DNA of 64,000 bases from Syntrophobacteraceae bacterium (lineage in GTDB: Bacteria > Desulfobacterota > Syntrophobacteria > Syntrophobacterales > Syntrophobacteraceae), in assembly GCA_052147195.1 (NCBI GenBank), contig JBKQLC010000114.1, forward strand, positions 450-64,449. The letters run 5' to 3'. The position numbers and the translations under genes were made by a program. Below, piece by piece: positions 43,287-52,592 of this stretch (position 1 is the first letter of the stretch; each line of letters begins with the position of its first letter). The notes beneath the pieces were generated by a model. It did no database searches, was not told the DNA's origin, and saw only the letters and a program-made list of their open reading frames with translations.

Positions 43287-44561
43287 ATGGAACGCAAAGA
43301 GGATGCAAGAGCAAAAGGATGGGTCCCCGCCATAGTGAAGAATATTGAAACTGAACATTCGCCTAACGATGAGAATGAACCTGAGGCACCCGGTTGGATT
43401 TTCCTCTCAGAACTTTTTCAGCAACAGGACCCACTTTCCAAAAATATGCTCTTCTTGGAAGGATATGATTTTACCTCCAACATTTACATGATCGTTGGGG
43501 AATCCCTCACGATAATCGATCCGGGCAGCGACTATACCGCGTTCATGCAACTGTTCCAGCAGCCCGAATATGCCCCCGATGACATAAGAAAAATAGTATT
43601 GACCCACGGGCACCCGGATCATGCATTGGGCGCCATCGAGCTGTTCAGGTATCCAGCGGTCAGAGAAAATCCGCAACTGGAAATAATTCTACACGCTGAC
43701 GGCCCGGTCGAACTCAAAAGAATCATCCGTGAATTCGGCGTCCCCTTGACTGAGGTCCGAGGAGGTGAAACACTCGATCTCAGCGGGTTCCAGTGGAAAG
43801 TCATTCCAACACCCGGGCATACGATCGATGGCATAAGCCTCTATCATGCTCTAACGAAAACCCTCATTTCGGGCGATATGGTGCCATATTCTATGACTGC
43901 CCCCGACAGGGAGGGGGGCGAACGGATGGACCAATACCTAGTCAGCATGAGATCGCTACTGAGTCTGGACATTGCCGATGTATTACCGGGCCATGGCCCC
44001 CCCATAGCTTCGGCCGGTAAAAAGGTCCTTGAAGAGAGCTACAGCGAGGTGCTTCTCAAAATTCTGGGCTCCGGGGCCGAAGAATCGTCTTCATGGTTAG
44101 AGATTGCTTCCGCCGCCGCCAACAGGGGGCTTCATCAGGATGCGGTCATCTGCTGCGACATGGCCATGTCCATTCACCCGGAACAATACAGGGCGTCTAA
44201 GCTCAAGGCCTTCTGCCTAAATGATCTGGGCGAATATGACAGGGCGCTCGAAGCCTTTAACCTTTTAGAAAAAAGCTCCCCTCTTGAAAAAGATGATGTG
44301 TTTACAATAATGGGCCGTGGAAGTTCTTTCCTTGGTCTCGGGCGCTACGATGAAGGCCTGCGTTGCTTCGACAGGGTCCTTGAGACGATGCCGGATAACA
44401 AAGAGGCCCTGGTATACAAGACATTCGCAATTCACCTTTCCGGCAGGGTCGATGAAGCCATGCAAATCGAGGAATTCAAGAAAGGCTTCATAGCCAGGTT
44501 CAAAGAAGAACTTCTAAGGTACGCTCCATCCGAGAATACAGGGAACACTGAAAGCCCCTGA
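43287..44561 (+). CDS. MBL-fold metallo-hydrolase fused to C-terminal TPR repeats (paralog 2)
   Basis: Colinear with 36434-37696 (THGHPDHALG, TPGHTIDG, SGD, LPGHG, TPR tail). ATG 43287 lies 6 nt after GGAAGGTG. The track GTG at 43278 sits inside the SD. Confidence 0.85.
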   Translation: MERKEDARAKGWVPAIVKNIETEHSPNDENEPEAPGWIFLSELFQQQDPLSKNMLFLEGYDFTSNIYMIVGESLTIIDPGSDYTAFMQLFQQPEYAPDDIRKIVLTHGHPDHALGAIELFRYPAVRENPQLEIILHADGPVELKRIIREFGVPLTEVRGGETLDLSGFQWKVIPTPGHTIDGISLYHALTKTLISGDMVPYSMTAPDREGGERMDQYLVSMRSLLSLDIADVLPGHGPPIASAGKKVLEESYSEVLLKILGSGAEESSSWLEIASAAANRGLHQDAVICCDMAMSIHPEQYRASKLKAFCLNDLGEYDRALEAFNLLEKSSPLEKDDVFTIMGRGSSFLGLGRYDEGLRCFDRVLETMPDNKEALVYKTFAIHLSGRVDEAMQIEEFKKGFIARFKEELLRYAPSENTGNTESP

Positions 44562-44665
44562 GCTGTGCACGATAGCTTAAGATACAGTTCCAGTTTCAGG
44601 GACGCCACTGCTTTTCCCTGGAAACCCTCAGTCAGGCGAAAAGGTGAAAGCCCTCGCCTGAGGAC

Positions 44666-45124
44666 ATGGGGAATCGGAGTCCCTTAATGGTCACTCAAGA
44701 TGTGCGATTTTCCGTCATGATTTTGAACGAGGAAGTTCGCAGCCTTATCTTGAGTCTGCTGAAGAAGTACGAGCAGTTTAACGTTGGCATTGCTGAACTC
44801 AAAGAGCTATTGGATTCGACGAAAAAAAAGGAAGACTTGATAATCCTGGTTGACAGTGAAGCTGTGCTCGCATATGGCGCCGCCGTGATATCGAAGCTCA
44901 AAATGTCCTGCCCGGAATGCAGGCTGATTCTGCTTTGCAGCCGGGTCCACCGCAGCATGGTAAAGCATGTAATGGAACTCGGCGCCTATGGTTGTATAAT
45001 CGAGCCATACCCGGAATGGGAGTTTTCAACCATGGTCAGGTCCATTCTGAACGGCCAGAAGATTGATAAAAAGATAACGGCATCGAAAGCTAAGCGGCAG
45101 GGACGAAAACCTCAAGGGAACTGA
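44666..45124 (+). CDS. Stand-alone CheY-like receiver-domain protein (possibly atypical)
   Basis: 152 aa. beta-alpha pattern VMILNEE...DLIILVDSE...ILLCS...GAYGCIIEPY resembles a REC domain. The acidic pocket is not clearly canonical. Confidence 0.5.
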   Translation: MGNRSPLMVTQDVRFSVMILNEEVRSLILSLLKKYEQFNVGIAELKELLDSTKKKEDLIILVDSEAVLAYGAAVISKLKMSCPECRLILLCSRVHRSMVKHVMELGAYGCIIEPYPEWEFSTMVRSILNGQKIDKKITASKAKRQGRKPQGN

Positions 45125-45178
45125 TTCCAGCCTTCACCCCTCGCGAAAAACCCCATATAGCCGAAACGCTTGACGCAG

Positions 45179-45200
45179 CGCCTGTAACAAGGCGTTTTTT
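45179..45200 (+). terminator. Short intrinsic terminator after the receiver-like gene
   Basis: CGCCT-gtaaca-AGGCG followed by TTTTTTCTTTT. Confidence 0.45.
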
Positions 45201-45453
45201 CTTTTCGGCTCAGGAGCAAACAATTCAGTACAGGCCTCGATCTGCTTTGGGAGTGCAACTGCCGCCCCTATGCCGGTGACTCCAGGCCACAGATAGTTCT
45301 TGAGGCACTCACGGAGTCACCAGCCAAGGACCGGTTCTTGAAAAATAGGCGGTCAGTAAAGCTTACCGAACAGCAGAAAAAAAGGACAGGGCGCTTCGAA
45401 TTGTGGAGAGGCGATCAGATGACCGCACGAGTATCAGGAAGAAAGGAGTCAAA

Positions 45454-47100
45454 TCACGAATGCTGCCTCAGTAAACGGCGCAATAGTTTACCGGTTGGGG
45501 TCCTGGGCAGCTTTTCCATGTATTGAATAACCCGGGGGAGCTTGTAAACCGCTATATGGTCCCTCAGGAAATTGTTGATTTCATCGCTCAACTGATCCGA
45601 ACCGGTAAACCCCGGTTTCAGCTCTACCACCGCCTTTACAATCTGCCCTTTTTCAGGGTCTTGGATACCGACTATGCCCACATCCGCTATCGCCGGATGC
45701 TTTGCCATCGCTTCCTCGATTTCAGAGGGTGCGATTCGGTAGCCGGAACTTTTGATCATATCGTCTTCGCGAGATACAAAGAAGATGTTACCGTCCGCAG
45801 CCATGTGAACGGCGTCGCCCATTCGGTTCCAGCCGTCAACCACGCCCGATTTCTGCGATTTGAGCAGCTTCTCGTTGTTTTCGTAAGGCTTCCAGTAAAG
45901 GGTGCCCGAAGGGCCTTTGATTATCATGCTGCCCACGTCGCCGGGTTTGCATTCTTTGGAGGTTGAATCCACTACTCGAACCTCTACCCCGGGAAGAGCT
46001 CTTCCGATGGAGTTGGGTACGGGCTCAGAATTCAAAGTGTTGGAGGTTACCAGATGCAGCATTTCTGTCCCTCCGAGTCCTTCCCAGATGGGCTTGCCGG
46101 TAAGTTCGGCCCATCCCGTGAGTGTTGCCGCCCCGAGAGAATCGCCACCCGAAGTATAGAGCCTGACAGAACTGATATCATAGCTCTTGAATGCCGGGAA
46201 CTTCATAAGCGCACGGTATGCAGTCGGGAGCCCGGTCAGGACCGTTATCTTGTGCTTGCCGATGAGTTCCATCATGTCAGCAGGGGCAAATTTCGGAATC
46301 AGCGAGATAGCTGCCCCATCCTCGAAAGGAATGAGTGTGAAGGTACCGAAGCCGGCCGCAAAGGATACGGGCGCCGAACCTCCCAGCACGTCTCCAGGTT
46401 TGAGCTGATATACGTGTCTATTGACGATCTGAGTCTCAATTACCGCGGGACGGACGAAATGGACGCATCCCTTAGGCATTCCAGTTGTTCCGGACGTGTA
46501 AAGGATTACGCCGATATCGAAGCCGTCAAGCATTGTGGCTTCAAGATTGGGCGACCCTTTCGCGAGCATTTCTTCATAGACCAGATTGCCGGCGGCTTTG
46601 ACCTCCTCAGCAGTGTCCCCGATTACGATAACGCGGGTCCCGTGCTGAAATTTTGGCTTTGCAGCTTCGACCTGCTCCATTAGCGGCGCATTCACGACGA
46701 AATACTTCATTTCGGCATCGTTCACTACAAATGCGATCTCTTCGCGGGACCACAAAGGTGAAGTCGGGACCGGAATGGCCCCGATTTTCTCAATGGCAAA
46801 GATAGTGACCAGGGACGGAGGGGAGTTGACAAGGCGAATACCCACCCGGTCCTGGGACTCCACTCCAGCATCCTTGAGGGCATTGCCGAACTGATTTACC
46901 ATTTTCTGCAACTGGGCGTAAGTGATCGCCCGATCCATAAATTTAATCGCGGTGTTGTCTCCCCTGCCCTCCCTGACATGACGGTCAAGCAGAAAGTCGG
47001 CCAGGTTCAATTTATCCGGGGTGCTCGAAAATTCCTTCGGATTGAGGTATTCCGGCCAGCATTCTCTTCCCGGCAAATAGTTTTCAGGTATTTTACTCAT
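45454..47100 (-). CDS. AMP-forming acyl-CoA synthetase, aromatic-acid (benzoate/aminobenzoate)-CoA ligase-like
   Basis: 548 aa. YTSGTTGMPKGCVH (AMP-binding core), GDAVHMAADGNIFFVSREDDMIKSSGYRIAP, PRTPTGKLLRRLL. The N-terminal region is like benzoate-CoA ligase family members. Confidence 0.85.
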   Translation of the reverse strand: MSKIPENYLPGRECWPEYLNPKEFSSTPDKLNLADFLLDRHVREGRGDNTAIKFMDRAITYAQLQKMVNQFGNALKDAGVESQDRVGIRLVNSPPSLVTIFAIEKIGAIPVPTSPLWSREEIAFVVNDAEMKYFVVNAPLMEQVEAAKPKFQHGTRVIVIGDTAEEVKAAGNLVYEEMLAKGSPNLEATMLDGFDIGVILYTSGTTGMPKGCVHFVRPAVIETQIVNRHVYQLKPGDVLGGSAPVSFAAGFGTFTLIPFEDGAAISLIPKFAPADMMELIGKHKITVLTGLPTAYRALMKFPAFKSYDISSVRLYTSGGDSLGAATLTGWAELTGKPIWEGLGGTEMLHLVTSNTLNSEPVPNSIGRALPGVEVRVVDSTSKECKPGDVGSMIIKGPSGTLYWKPYENNEKLLKSQKSGVVDGWNRMGDAVHMAADGNIFFVSREDDMIKSSGYRIAPSEIEEAMAKHPAIADVGIVGIQDPEKGQIVKAVVELKPGFTGSDQLSDEINNFLRDHIAVYKLPRVIQYMEKLPRTPTGKLLRRLLRQHS

Positions 47101-47315
47101 ACTTGCTTCTCCCTTCGCTCAGTGAATCGCATAAACACCATAACCAATGTACAAATAAAATCGAAAGAAGGGGCAATAACCGTGCCAACGCCTGTACCAA
47201 CCTGCTCCGTGCAACGCACCCAAGCCGGTGACGTATAGTATATCTGGCACGATTCGTGTAAAGTAATCGTGAGGCCCTCAAACTGCTGCCGCAAGCTATT
47301 TCACGGGAGCAACTG

Positions 47316-47750
47316 ATGCAAGAGAGTTCCCGCGCTAAGGAGATCGACCTCACGATAACTGTTCGGTTCGGCGACACCGATCCTTACGGCGTAGTTTACT
47401 TCGCATCTTATTTTCGATACTGTCACCATGGGATAGAAGAGTTCTTGAAACACCATGGGCTGACCCCATCCGAGGTCTTCAGAAACAGAGCCGAGGGGTT
47501 TGGCCTGCCTATTGTCTCAGCCGGCTGCGATTTTCTTAAACCCGTCTGGTATGGCCAGCAGTTGCGCCTGACAGTTTCGCTTTCCGGGATCGGAGAGAAA
47601 TCACTTACCTTCGATTTCCGATTCCGCCGCTTGGCTGAGGATGAGATCGTCGCCAGGGGCAATGCAACCATCGTGGCGATAGGTACGGACTGGCGGTCGC
47701 GAGGTATTCCGCAGCAAGTCCTTACGGCTCTTTCAGCGCCTGATCCATGA
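47316..47750 (+). CDS. Hotdog-fold acyl-CoA thioesterase (4HBT/YbgC-like)
   Basis: 144 aa. ITVRFGDTDPYGVVYFASYFRYCHHGIEEFL has the catalytic Asp context of 4HBT-type thioesterases. Confidence 0.8.
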   Translation: MQESSRAKEIDLTITVRFGDTDPYGVVYFASYFRYCHHGIEEFLKHHGLTPSEVFRNRAEGFGLPIVSAGCDFLKPVWYGQQLRLTVSLSGIGEKSLTFDFRFRRLAEDEIVARGNATIVAIGTDWRSRGIPQQVLTALSAPDP

Positions 47751-48061
47751 CTATCTGGGAGTCAGTTGAGGGCAGGTTCACAATGAAGCAGGGGCCGAAG
47801 CTGTTGAGCATCGAGACTTCCCTGTCATAAGCTGGCGCCATTTCACCGCAGAATGTGCACCGGCTTTCCTGCCGGAATTCAGATGAGTTCCGGTTTTTTT
47901 GCGCTCTTACACCAGCTTATAGGTAGTTCCTATCTCTGCAATAGACGCAATTTAATATTATTTCTAACAGGTTCTTGAGTAGTCGCCTATTTGCCATTAT
48001 TATGTGCATGTGGATATTCCCTCGAAAGAACCAATCGTGATATTTTGCTAAGGTGGCTTCA

Positions 48062-49114
48062 ATGTTCCATTTTGGGAAAAGGAACACGCTCACAAGCCTT
48101 GCCAGGACATGCGGGTGAGCGGCTAAAATAGCTCCAGCAGTTTTGTTGGAGGCGCTCAAAGACCTGCCGGCTTCAACGGATCCGAATCTACTTGTCGGCT
48201 TCGACACGTCTGATGATGCAGCGGTTTATCGTGTATCCGACGAACTTGCCGTCATATCCACGGTGGATTTCATAACTCCTCCGGTTGACGATCCCATCTG
48301 GTTCGGCCGCATTGCCGCGGCCAACTCGCTTTCGGACATCTATGCAATGGGCGGCCGTCCCATAACCGCGTTGAATCTCATCATGTTTCCTTCGAAAAAG
48401 CTCAGCATGGAGATACTCAAAGCCATCCTCCAAGGTGGCTTTGAGAAAGTTGCCGAGGCGGGGGCATCGCTTGCGGGTGGGCATTCCGTCGAAGACGATG
48501 AGCCCAAATACGGCTTGGCCGTAACAGGTATTGTCTCGCCGAAAGGTATACTCACCAACGCCGGCGCCAAAGCAGGCGACCTGCTTATTCTCACAAAGCC
48601 GCTCGGAACGGGTGTCCTTTTTAACGCCTGTAGATCCGGAAAGCTTCCGTGGGATGAACTGGAGCAGGTTTTACCACAAGTTGCGGCATTGAACAGCACC
48701 GCCCTGGAGATAGCCCTCAAATCGGAGATACATTCCTGTACCGACATAACGGGTTTCGGAATCCTCGGACATGCCCTGGAAATGGCCCGTGCAAGCTCTG
48801 TCGCAATCACGATCGAGTTCAGCGCCCTGCCCTTCTATCCAAACGCCTTGGATATGTACCGCAAGGGCGAGACTACGGGCAGCAACAAGCCAAATCGAGA
48901 ACTCGTCGAGAATTTTCTTCGTCCGTCTACTCGGCTATCCCAAGAAGAGCATCAATTGCTTTTCGATCCTCAGACCTCTGGCGGCCTGCTGCTTTCCGTT
49001 CCTGCATCCCGGGCGCAAACCCTTCTGGGAGAACTAAGAGGCGGTGGAGTGAATTCCGCTTGCGTGATCGGCAAGGTAGACAGTAGCCCGAATCCTGAGA
49101 TCAGGCTGCTTTAG
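48062..49114 (+). CDS. selD: Selenide, water dikinase (selenophosphate synthetase), selenocysteine-containing form
   Basis: The track ORF (48143, TTG) lacks the catalytic N-terminus. The same frame extends upstream to ATG 48062 (SD AAGGTGG) through a single TGA at 48116-48118. This gives MFHFGKRNTLTSLARTCG-U-AAKIAPAVLLEALKDL, with Sec three residues before the catalytic Lys, as for Cys17/Lys20 of E. coli SelD. The rest is AIR-synthase-like (DDAAVY, SDIYAMGG, GGHSVEDDEPKYG). Confidence 0.88.
48132..48151 (+). promoter_or_regulatory. Putative bacterial SECIS hairpin for selD UGA recoding
   Basis: CUCCAGCA-GUUU-UGUUGGAG, an 8-bp stem (one G-U pair) with a G/U tetraloop. It starts 14 nt after the UGA. 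Confidence 0.55.
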
Positions 49115-49298
49115 AGGCCCAAAAACCCACGATGTTCTCTCCGGCTTTAAGCCAGAGGTTTTCGAAAGGTCTCAGTATTTCGTTTTATTCGGGGTACTTC
49201 TTTGCTTGGTTACGCCAATGTCCGGCGGGACCTCGGCGGTATAAAGGCCTGGCAGGAAGCAGATTATCCTGTCCAGAATGCCCGATAATCATCTGTTT

Positions 49299-51011
49299 TC
49301 AATTCTCGACTGGCGAAACGCTCGGCACCCGGGGCTTTGTATCAGCCGCTCCCGGTAATTCGGCTTCTTCCAGGTCCAGTTGGAAACGCACCGGGCCACG
49401 AGAAATAGCGGTCGCGCCGGGCGCTTTAGGGTAATTCATGTGAACTGCGCATGCGGAAGCAGGCGAGGACCATGTGACCGCAATCGCAGTGTGTCCTTTT
49501 GGGAACGTCGTTACTTCGGCATCCACATAGTCTAACGGCGCCAAGGCTGCGCTTTCATCCACAAGTTCGTCTTTTTCGGCGATACAGAGAAGCCACTTGG
49601 TACCTTTTTCCTTGATCCGCTTGAAATTGAGACTGCGCCCGAACAGCCTGACCGGCAAGGTACCATCCGCAGCAACGGGTTTTGTGTAGGAATCGAAGCT
49701 CAGCCTGGTGATCTCGACCGGGATATCGGTAATATCATAGGTCAGCCAATGAGTCATAGCCGCTGCGACCTTATTGATCTTAGGTGTTATTTTCGCATCG
49801 GCATCAAACATCATTATATCGCGGTAAAAAGTGGACATGGGGGACTCTTTTTCGATACTCTTAAGTTTATAGACCCAGCTCATCAGTTTCCCGTCAACAA
49901 CCATGTTTCCATTCGGCAAAGTCTTGAGTGCGTAGCCCAGATCCCTGAAATGAGGCGGCAAATGCTCGATGTATTCGACAAGCCCCTTACTGCGCGAACC
50001 ATCCAATGGCGCTACACAGGTTATGAGGGCGTCAACCAGGCCGTCGAGCTCTCCTGACAAGACGCCAAGCACAGCCATGAATCCCCCCTGGCAATACCCG
50101 TTCAGGGTTACCGGCCTGCCGTGCCTTGCCACGAGCTTCTCAGAGAAGTAACGCGTGTCGAGAACATCATCTTCACCTCTCATTATCTGTACGCCCGGGT
50201 TTATGTCTATGTTTTTGACTAAACGGATGTAGGTCGGGATTCCTTGATTCGCGAATGCGTGAACATAGCTTCTGTTCTCACCGGGTAGAAAGGCCAATAT
50301 GTTTGCCCCCAGAACATACGGAGGAATAATCATAACCGGCTTTCCGTTTTCACGCACCTCGGTGTTCTTATCAGTCGGAAGTACCTGGTATAGTTCGAAT
50401 CTGTCTGTTTCAGCGATCTTGACATATCCGCCGTTATCAAGATGAAATCCAAACTCTGATACTATTTCCCGAACGGCCTCCGGGTAGACATTTACCACGG
50501 TATCCATCAGCCTGAGCTGTCTTTCGGAGTAATGCACCAAGTCCCCATCGCTTTTCTCAAGCAGGGTGTTTCTGACCGCGGCCAGCGCTTCCGACATTTC
50601 GCGGGTATGGTATTTACTCATGGCCGACATGTCGGCCATGGCGCCTTTGGCGACAAGTTCCATTTCGAAAAGAAGAAGTTCCATAAAATCAAAAGCGGTC
50701 CCGCATGGAGAACCGCCGGCCGCACACTTCTTTTTCTCAACATTGGAGAAGTATTGCAAAGCAGTCCAGAATGACCCAAAGAAGCCTGAAGCATACCGCA
50801 TCATCCCCAATAACTGAAACCATCTCAACCTTGATGTATTAAACAAGATCTCGAGCAATCCGCCGTCGAGAGCCAAAAGGTGCTGCGGAGGCAAACCCGG
50901 GATTGGTTTGGTTTGCAGATCCGGGAGGAACTGTAAACCACCGGTCTTAAAAGTGTCCTTTTCCAATGTTGACCTCCAGTTTCGCTGCGATAGTGTTTTC
51001 ACGGTGTGCAA
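49299..51011 (-). CDS. Polyhydroxyalkanoate synthase (PhaC)-like alpha/beta hydrolase-fold protein
   Basis: 570 aa. VMIIPPYVLGANILAF..., lipase-box variant with Cys, LNGYCQGGFMAV (G-x-C-x-G-G), typical of PHA synthases. The start is uncertain (TTG 51011 in the track). Confidence 0.7.
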   Translation of the reverse strand: MHTVKTLSQRNWRSTLEKDTFKTGGLQFLPDLQTKPIPGLPPQHLLALDGGLLEILFNTSRLRWFQLLGMMRYASGFFGSFWTALQYFSNVEKKKCAAGGSPCGTAFDFMELLLFEMELVAKGAMADMSAMSKYHTREMSEALAAVRNTLLEKSDGDLVHYSERQLRLMDTVVNVYPEAVREIVSEFGFHLDNGGYVKIAETDRFELYQVLPTDKNTEVRENGKPVMIIPPYVLGANILAFLPGENRSYVHAFANQGIPTYIRLVKNIDINPGVQIMRGEDDVLDTRYFSEKLVARHGRPVTLNGYCQGGFMAVLGVLSGELDGLVDALITCVAPLDGSRSKGLVEYIEHLPPHFRDLGYALKTLPNGNMVVDGKLMSWVYKLKSIEKESPMSTFYRDIMMFDADAKITPKINKVAAAMTHWLTYDITDIPVEITRLSFDSYTKPVAADGTLPVRLFGRSLNFKRIKEKGTKWLLCIAEKDELVDESAALAPLDYVDAEVTTFPKGHTAIAVTWSSPASACAVHMNYPKAPGATAISRGPVRFQLDLEEAELPGAADTKPRVPSVSPVEN

Positions 51012-51204
51012 GCATAGTAAATTATATCATTTTAGAAATTAATATCAGCCTCACCAATTAGCCATACCTTGGGTGGTATCAGGCAGGGATAAATCCATTC
51101 TTAGTCGAAATTGGTATTAGTTTTAACGGATTAGCGATCCCGGGGGACACCCCGCGCGAACGAGCAGACCCACCTGCGTTTTAACACGATCTGCTCCGGA
51201 AACC

Positions 51205-52083
51205 TTATCGGCTGTTTCCTAACTCCGATACATAACGAAGGGCAGCGACGTCGGATAGGGTTTGTGTCAGCACTGGTTCAGCCGGTTCGTCTTTGACGTA
51301 GTGGTTCATGAAGGCAAGGCTGTAGACGATTATACTATCGCGATTCCCTCTGGCCAAGTCGGTCCAGGCTAAATGTCCGGCATTTCGAAATTCAACATAA
51401 TACTTGGATTGGATCGACTGGTCATAAGCGCCCTGCGATTTTTGCAGCCAGGGCGTAATACCGAAATCGAGCGTACCGCCCTGATACATCACAGGCGCGC
51501 TCAGGTCTGTCAGCGTTTTATGCCGAGCAAAGGGTTGGACATAGGGCGACAGCGCCAGAATGGCCTTGATGCCTGGAAGTTTCCAACTGGGCCAGGCACC
51601 GCCAAGCCCCAGGACCGTATAACCACCCAGCGAATGCCCGGCGAGACCGAAATGCTCCCAATCGATCAGGTCACGAAAACGCTCATCCGTCTTTATGGCT
51701 GCGATCAGGTTGCCAATATCATCCGCGCGATCTCGAAAGCTGTCCTGGTTCCAGACCCCAATCTTCCAAAACGGCACCTCGGGACGATCACTCCATTTGG
51801 CTTTACCGCCACCACAGGTTGCATCGCGGTGATTGGGGGCAAAGACCAGATACCCGGCTCCGGCAAAGGCTTCCATCAAAAATCTCGATTGCGTAGCGCA
51901 GCCATGAAAGCCGTGCGAAAAGATGATGATCGGCCGCTTAACCGACGCGCTGAAACTTTGCGACCAGACGGTCACATCCATATCCGCCAGCATGACGGAT
52001 TGTTCATCGGCCCAAGCGTGAGTTGCGGCCAGGCAAAAGAGGACTACGAAGGCTACTGTTTTGTGCTTTATAAAACTCAACAC
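51205..52083 (-). CDS. Secreted alpha/beta hydrolase (dienelactone hydrolase/PAF-acetylhydrolase/cutinase-like)
   Basis: 292 aa. Signal peptide VVLFCLAATHAWA, oxyanion-region IIIFSHGFHG, nucleophile elbow GLAGHSLGG. Confidence 0.75.
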   Translation of the reverse strand: MLSFIKHKTVAFVVLFCLAATHAWADEQSVMLADMDVTVWSQSFSASVKRPIIIFSHGFHGCATQSRFLMEAFAGAGYLVFAPNHRDATCGGGKAKWSDRPEVPFWKIGVWNQDSFRDRADDIGNLIAAIKTDERFRDLIDWEHFGLAGHSLGGYTVLGLGGAWPSWKLPGIKAILALSPYVQPFARHKTLTDLSAPVMYQGGTLDFGITPWLQKSQGAYDQSIQSKYYVEFRNAGHLAWTDLARGNRDSIIVYSLAFMNHYVKDEPAEPVLTQTLSDVAALRYVSELGNSR

Positions 52084-52190
52084 GGTCCTCTCAACAAGAG
52101 CTATAGCCTGGAGCAGTGTATGAGGCGGTCGGCATGGACTGGTCAGGCGGCCAACTTTTGCACGACGAGCGGTTGATTGTCCAGTACCGC

Positions 52191-52358
52191 TTAGCCATTA
52201 TTGAACACCGCAGCGTTCAACAACTCTGTGATCTTATCAGTGCAGTGGATTCTGTTCCAGGTTTTTTCGGCCTCCTCGATCAGTTTGAAAGCGCCCTTTT
52301 TGTGCTCATTAAACAGTTCCCGGAAAACGGTGAAGACACTACATTCCGTAAAGCGCAA
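52191..52358 (-). CDS. Possible 55-aa protein missed by the 60-aa ORF cut-off
   Basis: TTG start 4 nt after AAAGGAG. MRFTECSVFTVFRELFNEHKKGAFKLIEEAEKTWNRIHCTDKITELLNAAVFNNG. It lies 107 bp upstream of the hydrolase gene on the same strand. Speculative. Confidence 0.25.
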   Translation of the reverse strand: MRFTECSVFTVFRELFNEHKKGAFKLIEEAEKTWNRIHCTDKITELLNAAVFNNG

Positions 52359-52592
52359 CTCGCTCCTTTAATTCCAGCACCTTCATCCCACTTAGTTACA
52401 TGATTCATACCTCTCATTGACCGAAGCACCATTCGCCGCTATTCTTTAATTCAGCGAAGAAATTGATAGAGCGTTTGTTTGGATGTTTTCGTCGAACGGA
52501 TGTTCCGGCGTTTTCCCGGCGCAACATTGCAATCAAACCTGGCGGCTCCAACACTTGCTTGCCATTTCAGACTCACAAATTATACTGAGCAT

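Noticed and set aside
47735-47885. Short minus-strand frame with RCTFCGEMAPAYDREVSMLNSFGPCFIVNL, a ClpX-type zinc-finger-like CxxC, overlapping the thioesterase 3' end.
   Set aside because: Only about 39 codons follow the first ATG. There is no upstream start in frame after a TAA, and it overlaps a well-supported gene. It is probably a relic or chance.
47917-48207. 96-aa minus-strand ORF upstream of the tracked selD ORF.
   Set aside because: It overlaps the restored Sec-containing N-terminus, SD and SECIS region of selD on the opposite strand. It has no motifs of its own.
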